From Candidatus Paracaedimonas acanthamoebae (GTDB lineage Bacteria > Pseudomonadota > Alphaproteobacteria > Caedimonadales > Caedimonadaceae), in the NCBI GenBank assembly GCA_000743035.1, contig CP008936.1, positions 630,001 through 662,000 on the forward strand: a DNA stretch of 32,000 nucleotides, given 5' to 3'. A program made the translations under genes and the position numbers. Shown here piece by piece: positions 1-8,955 of this stretch. Numbering within the stretch: the first letter of the stretch is position 1; each line of letters begins with the position of its first letter. A model generated the notes under the pieces. The model did not search any database. It saw nothing but the letters and a program-made list of their open reading frames with translations, and had not been told where the DNA came from.

Positions 1-209
1 GCAAGTACGACTCTTTTTTCTAATTTATGCAGGTCATTTGTAAGGGTATTGACAAGTTGAGTAGGGTTTAAGTGACGAATGACAAGCGTAATACCAATGA
101 GAACAAGTCCAAAAATAATTACATTCGCTATAATTGCTTTTTTTAAAAAGTTAGAGCCAGGATACTCGGATTCTAACTCTATTGAGGCTTTTTTTTCTTG
201 AGCTTTCAC
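1..209 (-). CDS. Partial CDS (N-terminal ~69 codons, runs off the window): membrane-anchored protein downstream of hemD, possibly HemX/alpha-Mic60-like
   Basis: My own translation of the minus strand from GTG 207-209 gives VKAQEKKASIELESEYPGSNFLKKAIIANVIIFGLVLIGITLVIRHLNPTQLVNTLTNDLHKLEKRVVLA with no stop to the window edge. It has one clear TM helix followed by a coil-like segment. Its GTG overlaps the hemD TGA as GTGA. It is not in the ORF track, presumably because it has no stop. Confidence 0.4.
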   Translation of the reverse strand, partial: MKAQEKKASIELESEYPGSNFLKKAIIANVIIFGLVLIGITLVIRHLNPTQLVNTLTNDLHKLEKRVVL

Positions 210-922
210 GGGATGTCCCCCTTTTTTAGATCCCTTAGAATTTTAATGACCTCCTGTCGAGTTGGGGATGTTGCTATATAAAGTTCTTTCCACTGTATTT
301 TCGAAACAATATTCGCAATTTCTGAACTTAAGCAAACCCCATAAAGAAACTGACATAAGCCTTTACTATTCTCAACCAGCTTAGCAAATATTTGTGCGTT
401 GCGGGGAGAAAAAAATGATACTGCTGAAATTGTTTTATTTTCTAATAATTGTTGAGTTTGATGGCTGAGAGATGAACATTCAACAGTATTATAAGCAATA
501 ATTCGTCTTGCAGAGAAACCTAGCTCAATAAGGGGCAATATAAGGTCTGTGTGGATATGATCTCCTGTGATATAAGCAATTTCTTTTTTTGTATGAGAGC
601 AGACTCCTCGTATAAGAGGCAAAAGAGAGAGAGCAGTTCCATTCCCTTGGATAATTTCTTTGAAATGGAGAGAAGAAGCTAATTTCATAGATTCTTGTCC
701 TACGACAAAGAGAGGAAGTGATCTTTCTTGGCTTTGTGCCGCGAAACAACGTATGCCATTGATGCTTGTAATAACGAGAGCTTGGACATGCTTTAGGTCA
801 TATTGAAAAGGCTTTGATTCAATCTTAATCAAAGGATTGATGTGACTTTCAATACCGTAAGCCAGTAGATCATTAGCAAGCTCTTCGGAATCGTATTGAG
901 GGCGTGTAAGTAGAACCTTCAT
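206..922 (-). CDS. hemD: Uroporphyrinogen-III synthase
   Basis: 238 aa. The MKVLLTRP start, two-lobe HemD-like layout and length are typical of the HEM4 family. Confidence 0.75.
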   Translation of the reverse strand: MKVLLTRPQYDSEELANDLLAYGIESHINPLIKIESKPFQYDLKHVQALVITSINGIRCFAAQSQERSLPLFVVGQESMKLASSLHFKEIIQGNGTALSLLPLIRGVCSHTKKEIAYITGDHIHTDLILPLIELGFSARRIIAYNTVECSSLSHQTQQLLENKTISAVSFFSPRNAQIFAKLVENSKGLCQFLYGVCLSSEIANIVSKIQWKELYIATSPTRQEVIKILRDLKKGDIP

Positions 923-1016
923 TTCATTAAGTTAAGCTCATATAATATTGATAAATAGGTTTTACTAAAGTTAAAAATATGTAAAATAACCACTATTTCT
1001 AATTTACTTAAGGATA

Positions 1017-1976
1017 ATGAGCTTGCTTTTAAAGAACTACAAGAAAATTCTGGTCATTAAACATGGGGCTCTTGGAGATTTAATAAATGCCATGGGAGCG
1101 TTTGAGGCTATCCGGCATAATCATCGTCAAGCCCATATTATCCTTTTAACGAGCCCAGCTTACATCAACTTGATGACTGAAACAGGTTATTTTGATGAAA
1201 TTGTAGGAGATGCACGGTCCCGAAATCCTTTAACAACATGGAAGCTACGGTCTCGTCTTTTAAAATTGAATGTCGAACGAGTATACGATTTACAAAATTC
1301 AGACAGGACCGCTCTTTATTTTAAGTTGTTAGGTCCTGGAAAACGACCAGAATGGTCGGGCGTTGCTACAGGATGTTCGCATCCTCAAATGCGTAAAGAT
1401 CATAAGCAGCTTCATGCTTTCGTGAGGTTTGCTAAGCAATTAAAAATAGCTGGACTTGATCTTAAAGGACAAGATGAACTTTTTCCTGATCTATCGTGGT
1501 TAAAAAAAGATGTAAATCATCTTAATCTTCCTGAAAATGCAGTACTTTTAGTGCCTGGAAGTTCATTGAGAGGAGCTTATAAAAGATGGCCAGCTGAAAA
1601 GTATGCTGAACTAGCACTATGGCTTAAAAATGAGGGATTTAATCCTGTCTTGTTGGGTGGACCTGATGATATTGAAGTCGTGAATCGTATTATAAAAATT
1701 TTCCCAACTATTCATAATTTAAGCCAAAAAATTAATTTCTTTGAAATAGGAGCATTGGCTTGCAAAGCACTTGCTATTATCGGGAATGATACAGGGGCAA
1801 TACATTTGGCTGCTGCAATGAAATGCCCAACCTTGATTTTGTGGCCGCATCCATTGGCTCCAGAACTCTATGCGCCTCGAGGAAAGCATGTGAAAGTATT
1901 ACGTTTGCCGAATTTGTCTGATTCAAATCTTAAAGAAGTCCAAGAAGCGGTACGAGAAATTTTAATGCATAATTAG
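1017..1976 (+). CDS. Glycosyltransferase family 9 (ADP-heptose:LPS heptosyltransferase-like)
   Basis: 319 aa. It has the N-terminal ILVIKHGALGDLI motif and the C-terminal GNDTGAIHLAAA motif characteristic of GT9 heptosyltransferases. Confidence 0.8.
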   Translation: MSLLLKNYKKILVIKHGALGDLINAMGAFEAIRHNHRQAHIILLTSPAYINLMTETGYFDEIVGDARSRNPLTTWKLRSRLLKLNVERVYDLQNSDRTALYFKLLGPGKRPEWSGVATGCSHPQMRKDHKQLHAFVRFAKQLKIAGLDLKGQDELFPDLSWLKKDVNHLNLPENAVLLVPGSSLRGAYKRWPAEKYAELALWLKNEGFNPVLLGGPDDIEVVNRIIKIFPTIHNLSQKINFFEIGALACKALAIIGNDTGAIHLAAAMKCPTLILWPHPLAPELYAPRGKHVKVLRLPNLSDSNLKEVQEAVREILMHN

Positions 1977-2045
1977 CTGAATGATAGGAAAATTCAAAAA
2001 TTAAGTGTGTTTACTGTTCATGTTTTTGAATTCTTAGATCTTAGT

Positions 2046-2504
2046 CTAAAAACGCATATCATGCGTAATCGTAAAGTTCCAAAAAGACTCAAGACGAGCA
2101 AGTAAAGAGTTAAGATTTTTTAGATCTTGTTCAGCAATGCCATTATGTTTCATGTTTTTAACATGTTCAGAAAGAATTTGATCAAATCTTTGATACAGCT
2201 TTAACCCTTTTTCTGAAAGCTGAATGTGGCTTGAACGACGATCATGAACGGATTTCTCTTGCATTAAATAGCCTGTTTCAATCATTTTTTTAAGATTATA
2301 AGTTACATTGGAACCAAGATAATATCCACGATTAGAAATTTCACCTACCGTAAGGTGGCTTTCCCCTATATTATAAAGGATAAAACATTGAACGTTATTA
2401 ATATCTTTAATTTTTAAACGGTCTAGCTCAATTCGGATGACTTCAAGGAAAAGGCGATGGAGCCGTTCAATCACCATAATTGAGTCAAAATAGATATTTT
2501 TCAT
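2046..2504 (-). CDS. MarR-like winged-helix transcriptional regulator
   Basis: 152 aa. The central segment LTVGEISNRGYYLGSNVTYNLKKMIETGYLMQEKSVHDRRSSHIQLSEKG matches the MarR HTH-plus-wing pattern (DRR wing). Confidence 0.6.
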   Translation of the reverse strand: MKNIYFDSIMVIERLHRLFLEVIRIELDRLKIKDINNVQCFILYNIGESHLTVGEISNRGYYLGSNVTYNLKKMIETGYLMQEKSVHDRRSSHIQLSEKGLKLYQRFDQILSEHVKNMKHNGIAEQDLKNLNSLLARLESFWNFTITHDMRF

Positions 2505-2652
2505 TAGTTTATCCCTAACCTATCTCATGTTAATTTTAGAATAATAGAAGATGAGTTAAATTTTAATTAATGTAATGCTTTTTCTTGATATAAATTCTCC
2601 ACAAATTTTATAAATTATTGAAAGAGGGGGATCAGCAAACAAGCATGCTTAA

Positions 2653-4008
2653 TCATTTCATGTAACATCTTGGTTTTTGAAGGAGGATAGCAAGTATCCC
2701 AGCTATTCCTAAGGTATAACAATAATAAACATGGGGAATAATTTCTAAAGGAGAGAGCCCCGCGATCGAGCCAGCTAGTAAGATTTGTGCACTATAGGGT
2801 AGAATGCCTTGAAATACGCATGAAAAGAGATCAACAAGCGTTGCGGTGCGGGCAGAGCTAAGGTTGTATTTTTTTGCAAGCTCACAAGTTGCGTCCCCTG
2901 TAAGTATGATTGCAATCGTGTTATTCGCTGTGCAAATGTCACCTACACTTACAATTGAGGCAATAGCTACTTCAGCAACTATTTTTGTCCTCTTTTTAGA
3001 AAATTTGTGTACAAAACGACTTGCTAGATCTATTAAAAAGCGCAATCCCCCTTGAATTTTTGTGAGATGACTTAAGCCTCCAATAAGTAAGGATAAGACA
3101 AGGATTTCTTGCATGCTGCCATATCCTTGGTAAATATTTTTAGCATAGGTAACAAGACTATAGTTGACAGTAAAGCCAAGTCCAATAATGCCAGCTGATA
3201 GAATCCCAAGGATCAGCACAAGAAATACATTAACACCTGAAATGGCAAGAGCTAAAACAAAGAAATAGGGCGTACTTACAATCCATTGAGACTCAGTTAT
3301 CTTGACGCAAGATTGACATGGGGTGTTAAAGCCATAGGCTATCAAAATGATCAAAGTTATAAACATAGCTGGTAATGCTATTAAGCTATTGATTTTGAAT
3401 TTTTCCTTAAGAGTTCCTCCTTGAGTTTGCACGGCTGCGATGGTCGTATCTGAGATTAAGGAAAGATTATCACCAAACATTGCGCCGCCGACAACAGTTC
3501 CCATTGTAAGGGGAATTGAAAGGTCGGTGGCGTGAGCAATTCCAAAAGCAATAGGCGCCATTGCTGCAATAGTGCCCATTGATGTTCCCATCGCTGTCGC
3601 AATAAAGGCGCTAAGAAGAAAAATCCCAGGAAGCGTGGCTTGCATTGGAAGAAAGGAGAGGGTTAGATTAACTGTTGCTTCAACGCCGCCGATACCTTTT
3701 AAAACTTCTGTGTAAGCGCCAGCTAATAGATAGATCATACACATCGTAATGATACTACTGTCTCGAACTCCTTCGATAAAGTTGTCGAGTTTTGTTGTAA
3801 AATTTCCTTGGCCAAATCCAATCGCTAGGATGATTGCGGGTAGAATTGCAACGGTTGCTGAAACTTGATAAAAAGCAAAAGGGGTTCCTTGAAGACTAAA
3901 GTAAACGCCGCTGCCTATAAAAAGGATGAGAAATAGGAAAATTGGAAAGAGGGCATAACCACCCGAAAGTTTAAATTGGTGAATGAAGGTATTCCTCATC
4001 TTTAACAT
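2653..4008 (-). CDS. nhaC: NhaC-family Na+/H+ antiporter
   Basis: 451 aa and polytopic. It has the GGAMFGDNLSLISDTTI motif typical of the NhaC family. Confidence 0.8.
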   Translation of the reverse strand: MLKMRNTFIHQFKLSGGYALFPIFLFLILFIGSGVYFSLQGTPFAFYQVSATVAILPAIILAIGFGQGNFTTKLDNFIEGVRDSSIITMCMIYLLAGAYTEVLKGIGGVEATVNLTLSFLPMQATLPGIFLLSAFIATAMGTSMGTIAAMAPIAFGIAHATDLSIPLTMGTVVGGAMFGDNLSLISDTTIAAVQTQGGTLKEKFKINSLIALPAMFITLIILIAYGFNTPCQSCVKITESQWIVSTPYFFVLALAISGVNVFLVLILGILSAGIIGLGFTVNYSLVTYAKNIYQGYGSMQEILVLSLLIGGLSHLTKIQGGLRFLIDLASRFVHKFSKKRTKIVAEVAIASIVSVGDICTANNTIAIILTGDATCELAKKYNLSSARTATLVDLFSCVFQGILPYSAQILLAGSIAGLSPLEIIPHVYYCYTLGIAGILAILLQKPRCYMK

Positions 4009-4556
4009 TCTATCATCATCAGAATATTATATCTCATTTCATCCGTTTGAATGTAAATAACTTTTTTAAATCCAGCTCTTCCATAGCATTTGACTGCGCG
4101 CTTATTTGCGCTATCTGGGGCGACCATAATTTTATTAAATTTTTTAAAAGCAATATCTTTTAAGAATTGTTGAATTAAAAGGATACTATATCCTTTTGAA
4201 AAAAATTCTAGATTACCTATAAAAAGGTCAATTGAGCCAAGTATATTTTCGGGTGCTACATATTGTTTAAGATTATAATTATCTCGAGGAACGTCAAAAG
4301 CATTATAGAGTTGAATGTAACCAAAAGGAACTTTTTCATCGTAAACAAGCATAGCTTGAATGGGCTTTTTTACACCGTTGACCAATTTGTATCCTTGAAC
4401 ATAAGAAGTGTATTTTGTTGTGATAGTAGCTAATGTTGATTCTTCTTAAGCTCTATACCATTGTTTTACATGAGGTTTATTTAACCAACTGTTTAACAGT
4501 TGAAAATGTTTTATTTCTAAAGGCTTGAAATGGATTAAGTCCAAAGTGAAATCCAA
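4002..4556 (-). pseudogene. GNAT (AAC(6')/Acetyltransf_8-like) N-acetyltransferase split by an in-frame TAA
   Basis: The track ORF 4002-4385 encodes only the C-terminal GNAT core (..FSKGYSILLIQQFL..NKRAVKCYGRAGFKK). Reading upstream in the same frame gives (TTG)DFTLDLIHFKPLEIKHFQLLNSWLNKPHVKQWYRA-TAA(4446-4448)-EESTLATITTKYTSYVQGYKLVNGVKKP. This is the expected N-terminal part of the same family. Confidence 0.6.
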
Positions 4557-4768
4557 TTATTTTCAGCAATCCAATAGACAAATGCCGATAAGATAAAGGC
4601 AATCACAGTGGTGATCAGTGATTTCATGCTTAGATCATGGTTGGAAGGCGCTCCTCTATCATGACCTTTAAGAGGATTATTTTCTTTTTTGAGTCCTAAG
4701 GGAAGAAGAGAAAAAAAAGCCAGCCACCAGAAAAGCGTGAAAACGATAATAAGGGAAATAAAGCTCAT
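4535..4768 (-). CDS. DUF1467-family small membrane protein
   Basis: 77 aa with two TM helices flanking a ..GHDRGAPS.. loop. This is the pattern of the small alphaproteobacterial DUF1467 proteins. Confidence 0.55.
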   Translation of the reverse strand: MSFISLIIVFTLFWWLAFFSLLPLGLKKENNPLKGHDRGAPSNHDLSMKSLITTVIAFILSAFVYWIAENNWISLWT

Positions 4769-4780
4769 TTGAAGCCTGCC

Positions 4781-5251
4781 TTAGGTTAGATTTTGTTCTT
4801 CTGCTAAATCTAGATTGCTAATAAAGTTTTTAAAATCACCCGGGACATCGAAATCTTGATAAACTGAAGCAAAACGAACATAGGCAACTTTATCAAGTTC
4901 ATAAAGAGATTGCATCACAATTTCACCAATTTTAGTTGAGGGAATTTCAGTCTCACCACAAGATTCAAGTTGCCTAACAATACTGCTAATGACGCGTTCT
5001 CGTCGTTCTGCATCAATAGGGCGTTTGTGAAGCGCTAATTCCATCGAATGGCAAAGTTTCTCACGGTCAAAAGGTTCAAGCTCACCATTTTTTTTGATAA
5101 TTTTTAAAGGCAGAAGCTGAATGCGCTCAACGGTGGTGAAGCGGGCGCCACAATCTGTACAATGTCTGCGACGACGAATGCCTACGTTTTCTTCAATAGC
5201 ACGTGAGTCTTTGACGGCAGTATCAGGATGACCACAAAAGGGACAGCGCAT
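4781..5251 (-). CDS. nrdR: Transcriptional repressor NrdR
   Basis: 156 aa. It has the MRCPFCG...CTDCGARFTT zinc ribbon plus an ATP-cone. The stop/start junction with glyA is at 5251. Confidence 0.9.
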   Translation of the reverse strand: MRCPFCGHPDTAVKDSRAIEENVGIRRRRHCTDCGARFTTVERIQLLPLKIIKKNGELEPFDREKLCHSMELALHKRPIDAERRERVISSIVRQLESCGETEIPSTKIGEIVMQSLYELDKVAYVRFASVYQDFDVPGDFKNFISNLDLAEEQNLT

Positions 5252-6540
5252 TAAAAATCCTTATAAAGTGGAAAAGATTGACAAAGTTCAGCAACTTTTT
5301 GGCGAATCTTTTGTTGCGTGGTCTCAATATCCTTATGTGGAAGACTTTTGAGAAGTTCAGCAATCATAAAACCAATTTCTTCAAATTCTGCTTCCTTCAT
5401 GCCCCGCGTGGTAAGAGCAGGAGAGCCTAAACGGATGCCTGAGGTCTTTAAGGGAGGCAAAGGATCAAAAGGAATACCATTCTTATTGCATGTAATTCCT
5501 GCATGCTCAAGTGCATCACAGGCTTCTTGACCTGTTAATTTTTGTTGTTGCAAATCGACAAGTAAGAGATGGCAATCTGTTCCTTGTGTGGTGATATTGA
5601 AGCCTTGCTCGTTCAGTGTCTTTACGAGAGCTTTAGCGTTTTTAACAACTTGCTCAGCATATTGTTTGAAAGCAGGAGAGAGGGCTTCTTTAAAAGCAAC
5701 AGCTTTTGCCGCAATAATATGCATCAAGGGGCCGCCTTGAGCGCCAGGAAAGATGGCTGAGTTAAGCTTTTTCCCAATATCAAGGTCATTGGAAAGGATC
5801 ATCCCACCCCGTGGACCACGTAAAGTTTTATGCGTCGTAGTTGTAACCACATGAGCATGGGGAAGGGGGGAGGGAAGGACGCTACCCGCAACTAAACCTG
5901 CAAAATGAGCCATATCAACCATTAAATAAGCTCCAACCTGATCGGCTATCTTTCTAAAACGGGCAAAATCAATAGTGCGAGGGTAGGCGGAACCTCCTGC
6001 AATAATAAGCTTAGGTTTATGCTTAAGGGCGAGCTCTTCGATCAGCTCATAATCTAAAAGATGGGTCTCTTTATGAACGGGATAACTAACCGCATTAAAC
6101 CATTTTCCTGACATATTAACGGGTGAGCCGTGCGTCAAATGCCCGCCACAGTTAAGATCCATGCCTAGAAAAGTATCGCCTGGTTGCAAGAGGGCTAGAA
6201 ACACTGCTTGGTTTGCTTGAGAGCCAGAATGGGGTTGAACATTCACATAGGTACAATTAAAAAGTTGTTTAGCGCGCTCAATGGCAAGCGTCTCAACCTG
6301 ATCGACATAGGTACATCCTCCATAATAACGGCGCCCAGGGTAACCTTCAGCATATTTATTCGTCATAATGCATCCTTGAGCTTCTAGAACGGCAGGTGAA
6401 ACAAAATTTTCTGAAGCGATCATTTCAAGTTGATTTTGCTGGCGATGGAGTTCCTGCTCAATGGCATTAAAAACATTTGCATCTTGAAGGGGAAGAAATT
6501 TAAATTCCGTCATTGAGGGGCTCCTTTTCTTGGTGGCCAA
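5251..6540 (-). CDS. glyA: Serine hydroxymethyltransferase
   Basis: 429 aa. It has the [17 protein letters not shown]-lysine motif and full-length SHMT-like sequence. Confidence 0.95.
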   Translation of the reverse strand: MATKKRSPSMTEFKFLPLQDANVFNAIEQELHRQQNQLEMIASENFVSPAVLEAQGCIMTNKYAEGYPGRRYYGGCTYVDQVETLAIERAKQLFNCTYVNVQPHSGSQANQAVFLALLQPGDTFLGMDLNCGGHLTHGSPVNMSGKWFNAVSYPVHKETHLLDYELIEELALKHKPKLIIAGGSAYPRTIDFARFRKIADQVGAYLMVDMAHFAGLVAGSVLPSPLPHAHVVTTTTHKTLRGPRGGMILSNDLDIGKKLNSAIFPGAQGGPLMHIIAAKAVAFKEALSPAFKQYAEQVVKNAKALVKTLNEQGFNITTQGTDCHLLLVDLQQQKLTGQEACDALEHAGITCNKNGIPFDPLPPLKTSGIRLGSPALTTRGMKEAEFEEIGFMIAELLKSLPHKDIETTQQKIRQKVAELCQSFPLYKDF

Positions 6541-6632
6541 AGACTAACAGAGAAAATATAAAGCTTCTAGAGTTTCTCTTCCTTTTTTAAGAAAATTTTC
6601 GTATACTATAATTGTTAGGATTTCCTAACTAT

Positions 6633-6960
6633 GGCGATAAACGCGCTACGGAATAGGTGGGACGGACCCGGGGGCGGTACCCGGCGCCTCCACCAAACCT
6701 GTGAAAGGCTTGAAGCGCACAGCTTTCATGGGGGCGAAATAGGATCGACGTACGCTCAAAGGTAGAGGCTTTCGCTCGACATGGTACCGTCGTAAATGGA
6801 CTAAAAATAGTAAATGGCAAATCAAAATTTGCTCTTAATGGTAATGTACCTCAAGCCATCAATAACAATGGTGTAGGGGCTGCAGTTGCACAAGCTGCTT
6901 AATTATCGTTAGCGGTTCGAGGGGCACCGGGCAACAGAAGCCCCTCACTTTAATTATCGA
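6633..6960 (+). ncRNA. ssrA: Two-piece (circularly permuted) tmRNA: acceptor piece ~6633-6695, intervening segment 6696-6729, coding piece 6730-~6960
   Basis: The T-arm is ccggg/GGCGGTA/cccgg (6668-6684). The 3' acceptor strand CGCCTCC, discriminator A and encoded CCA end at 6695. The downstream 5' strand GGGGGCG (6730-6736) pairs with it to give a 7-bp stem with a G3:U wobble, followed by GAAATAGGATCGACG. An AAAAATAGT element precedes a tag frame that ends ..AAVAQAA-TAA (stop 6900-6902). Outer boundaries are approximate. Confidence 0.8.
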
Positions 6961-7081
6961 CCGATTTTATTTTTTAAGTTCTTGAATATAAAATTTGCTT
7001 ACGTCATTTTAAAAATAATAGCGCTTTTTTGAGCGGCATTAATTTTTTTGAAATGGTTTCAAGATAAGATGGTGATATAGC

Positions 7082-7582
7082 ATGACAGATATAGAGAATA
7101 AGGAAAAAGACGTGAGCCGCAATAAAGCTTTTGATTATGATGAAATGGTGCAAGCTGCCTTAAGAGGGGTGGTTCGTAACGCGTTGCAGAAAGCCAGCAA
7201 AGAAGGACTTTCAGGAAGACACCATTTTTATATTACCTTTGAATCCAGTCGCCCAGATGTGAAAGTGCCAGAATATCTTCGGAAGCAGCATCCCGAAGAG
7301 ATTACGATTGTTCTACAACACCAATTTTGGGACCTTAAAGCGGATGATAAGGGATTTTCAGTTTTGTTGAGTTTTAATGAAGTTCAAGAACGTATTGAAG
7401 TAAGTTATGCAGCGTTGATTAGCTTCTTGGATCCTTCAGTGAAATTTGGATTGCAGTTTGAGCCAAGTCCTCCTGTTCTTGCTGAAAAGAGGGGTAAGAA
7501 AGAAAAAGTCAGCGACACGAAGAGCACAGAAGATGGCGCTAAAAAAGTTGTTGCTTTGGACACCTTCCGTAACAAAAAGTAA
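7082..7582 (+). CDS. sspB: SspB-family ClpXP adaptor (alphaproteobacterial type)
   Basis: 166 aa. It has MVQAALRGVVRNAL...HHFYITF...TIVLQHQFWDL...FGLQF, then a disordered K/E-rich linker and a C-terminal LDTFRNKK that resembles a ClpX-binding tail. Confidence 0.7.
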   Translation: MTDIENKEKDVSRNKAFDYDEMVQAALRGVVRNALQKASKEGLSGRHHFYITFESSRPDVKVPEYLRKQHPEEITIVLQHQFWDLKADDKGFSVLLSFNEVQERIEVSYAALISFLDPSVKFGLQFEPSPPVLAEKRGKKEKVSDTKSTEDGAKKVVALDTFRNKK

Positions 7583-7693
7583 AACGACTTTTTAAAATTA
7601 GTAGGCAGAGGTTCTCCGTATCTTGAGTGAAAAGAGAGGTAGCTTTTTTATAGGAAGTTTGCTATAGATTAGCCATATTTTATGGAGGGCCAA

Positions 7694-8245
7694 ATGCAGA
7701 CATCTCAAAAAATGAATCTTTTAAAGGCAAGTATACAATCAAATAGTCTACAAGTGGCATTGGGTGTTATGCTCCTTTTTGCCTGCTCTCAAATTCAAAT
7801 TCCATTAAAGCCTGTCCCCATTACATTGCAGACCTTAGCTGTTATATTGATTGGTTTAACCTATAAATCCCGACAAGCATTTGAAGCTGTTTTTGCTTAT
7901 CTTTTGTTGGGGGCTGTTGGAGCACCGGTTTTTGCTCAGTTTTCAGGAGGGCATGCTAGCTTATTTGGTCCAACAGGTGGTTTTTTAGCAGGTTTTTTGG
8001 TGGCTGCACCCTTAACCGCGTGGGTATTTTCAAAGTTTACCCAAAAGACGTGGGGCGCAATCTTTGTAAGTTGTGTCGTTGGTCAAGCAATGATTTATGT
8101 TCTTGGTGTGCTATGGCTTGAAAAATTTGTAGGATTTGAAGCTTCTCTTAAAGCAGGAGTGCTGCCTTTTATTTTGCCAGGGGTTGTTAAGACAGTAATC
8201 TTAGCAAGCATTATTAGAACCTTAAGAGGTGTTTTGCAAAGGTAG
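7694..8245 (+). CDS. bioY: Biotin transporter BioY
   Basis: It has the BioY motifs PITLQTLAVILIGL and GPTGGFLAGF. I prefer the ATG at 7694, which has GGAGG 5 nt upstream, over the track start at 7682. Confidence 0.85.
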   Translation: MQTSQKMNLLKASIQSNSLQVALGVMLLFACSQIQIPLKPVPITLQTLAVILIGLTYKSRQAFEAVFAYLLLGAVGAPVFAQFSGGHASLFGPTGGFLAGFLVAAPLTAWVFSKFTQKTWGAIFVSCVVGQAMIYVLGVLWLEKFVGFEASLKAGVLPFILPGVVKTVILASIIRTLRGVLQR

Positions 8246-8258
8246 GGAAATAGCTAAC

Positions 8259-8672
8259 ATGCTGAATTTTCGCCCTCATCACTTCATGTGTACGCTAGGG
8301 TTTGTTGGAGAAGGCTATTCGCCTAATTTCATTAAGAATTATGCAGCGATCGCTAATAGGCTTATAAAAGACGAAAATACGCCTATAAAAGTTAACTTCG
8401 GGACGGATTCTATTTGTGTGGCCTGTCCTCATAAGCTTGCACGTGATTTGTGCACCAGTCAAAAAGTGGTTGATCCGTTGGATCAAGCCCATGCCAATAT
8501 TTTAGGCTTGAAAGACGGAGAAGTCCTTACTTGGGGGCAAGCGAAAAGACGCATTGTGAGAAAAATGACCTTCAAAAATTTCTATCTCGCCTGTAAGGGA
8601 TGTTCTTGGAAAAATATGGGGGTTTGTGAGAGAGCCCTAAGGAAACTAAAAGCTGCGTCTTCCTTAAGCTGA
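8259..8672 (+). CDS. DUF1284-family Cys-rich protein
   Basis: It has an MLNFRPHHFMC start plus CVACPH and CKGC motifs typical of DUF1284. The track ORF starts at GTG 8229 inside bioY, so I prefer ATG 8259. Confidence 0.65.
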   Translation: MLNFRPHHFMCTLGFVGEGYSPNFIKNYAAIANRLIKDENTPIKVNFGTDSICVACPHKLARDLCTSQKVVDPLDQAHANILGLKDGEVLTWGQAKRRIVRKMTFKNFYLACKGCSWKNMGVCERALRKLKAASSLS

Positions 8673-8955
8673 ATATTTATGGAATTCTCTGCAATTTATT
8701 TGTAAATCTTTTCTATAAAGGACAGACTCTCATAGAGAATTTTCATAAAATCAAACCATTTTGATGCCATTAAATTCATCTGTTTTAATTTGATTGATAA
8801 AGAGTATTAACCATAGTTTTAATTTCTCTCTATTTATGAAGGAGTAGGTATAGCTGCTATCCGCTCTTGATTAAGCGCCAATCTTTTGCAAATGCATCTT
8901 TTCAAGATTTATGATTGCAAATAACATTGAGTGCCAAATGGATAACATTGCTCAT

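Noticed and set aside
1991-2032. 10-bp perfect inverted repeat AATTCAAAAA...TTTTTGAATT between the convergent GT9 and MarR-like genes
   Set aside because: The stem is almost pure A/T with a 22-nt loop, so it would be very weak as a terminator hairpin. It is plausibly a chance match in AT-rich DNA.
6629-6820. 63-aa ORF on the minus strand
   Set aside because: It lies entirely antisense to the tmRNA tRNA-like domain and coding piece. The GC-rich structured RNA explains the open frame, and there is no ribosome-binding site.
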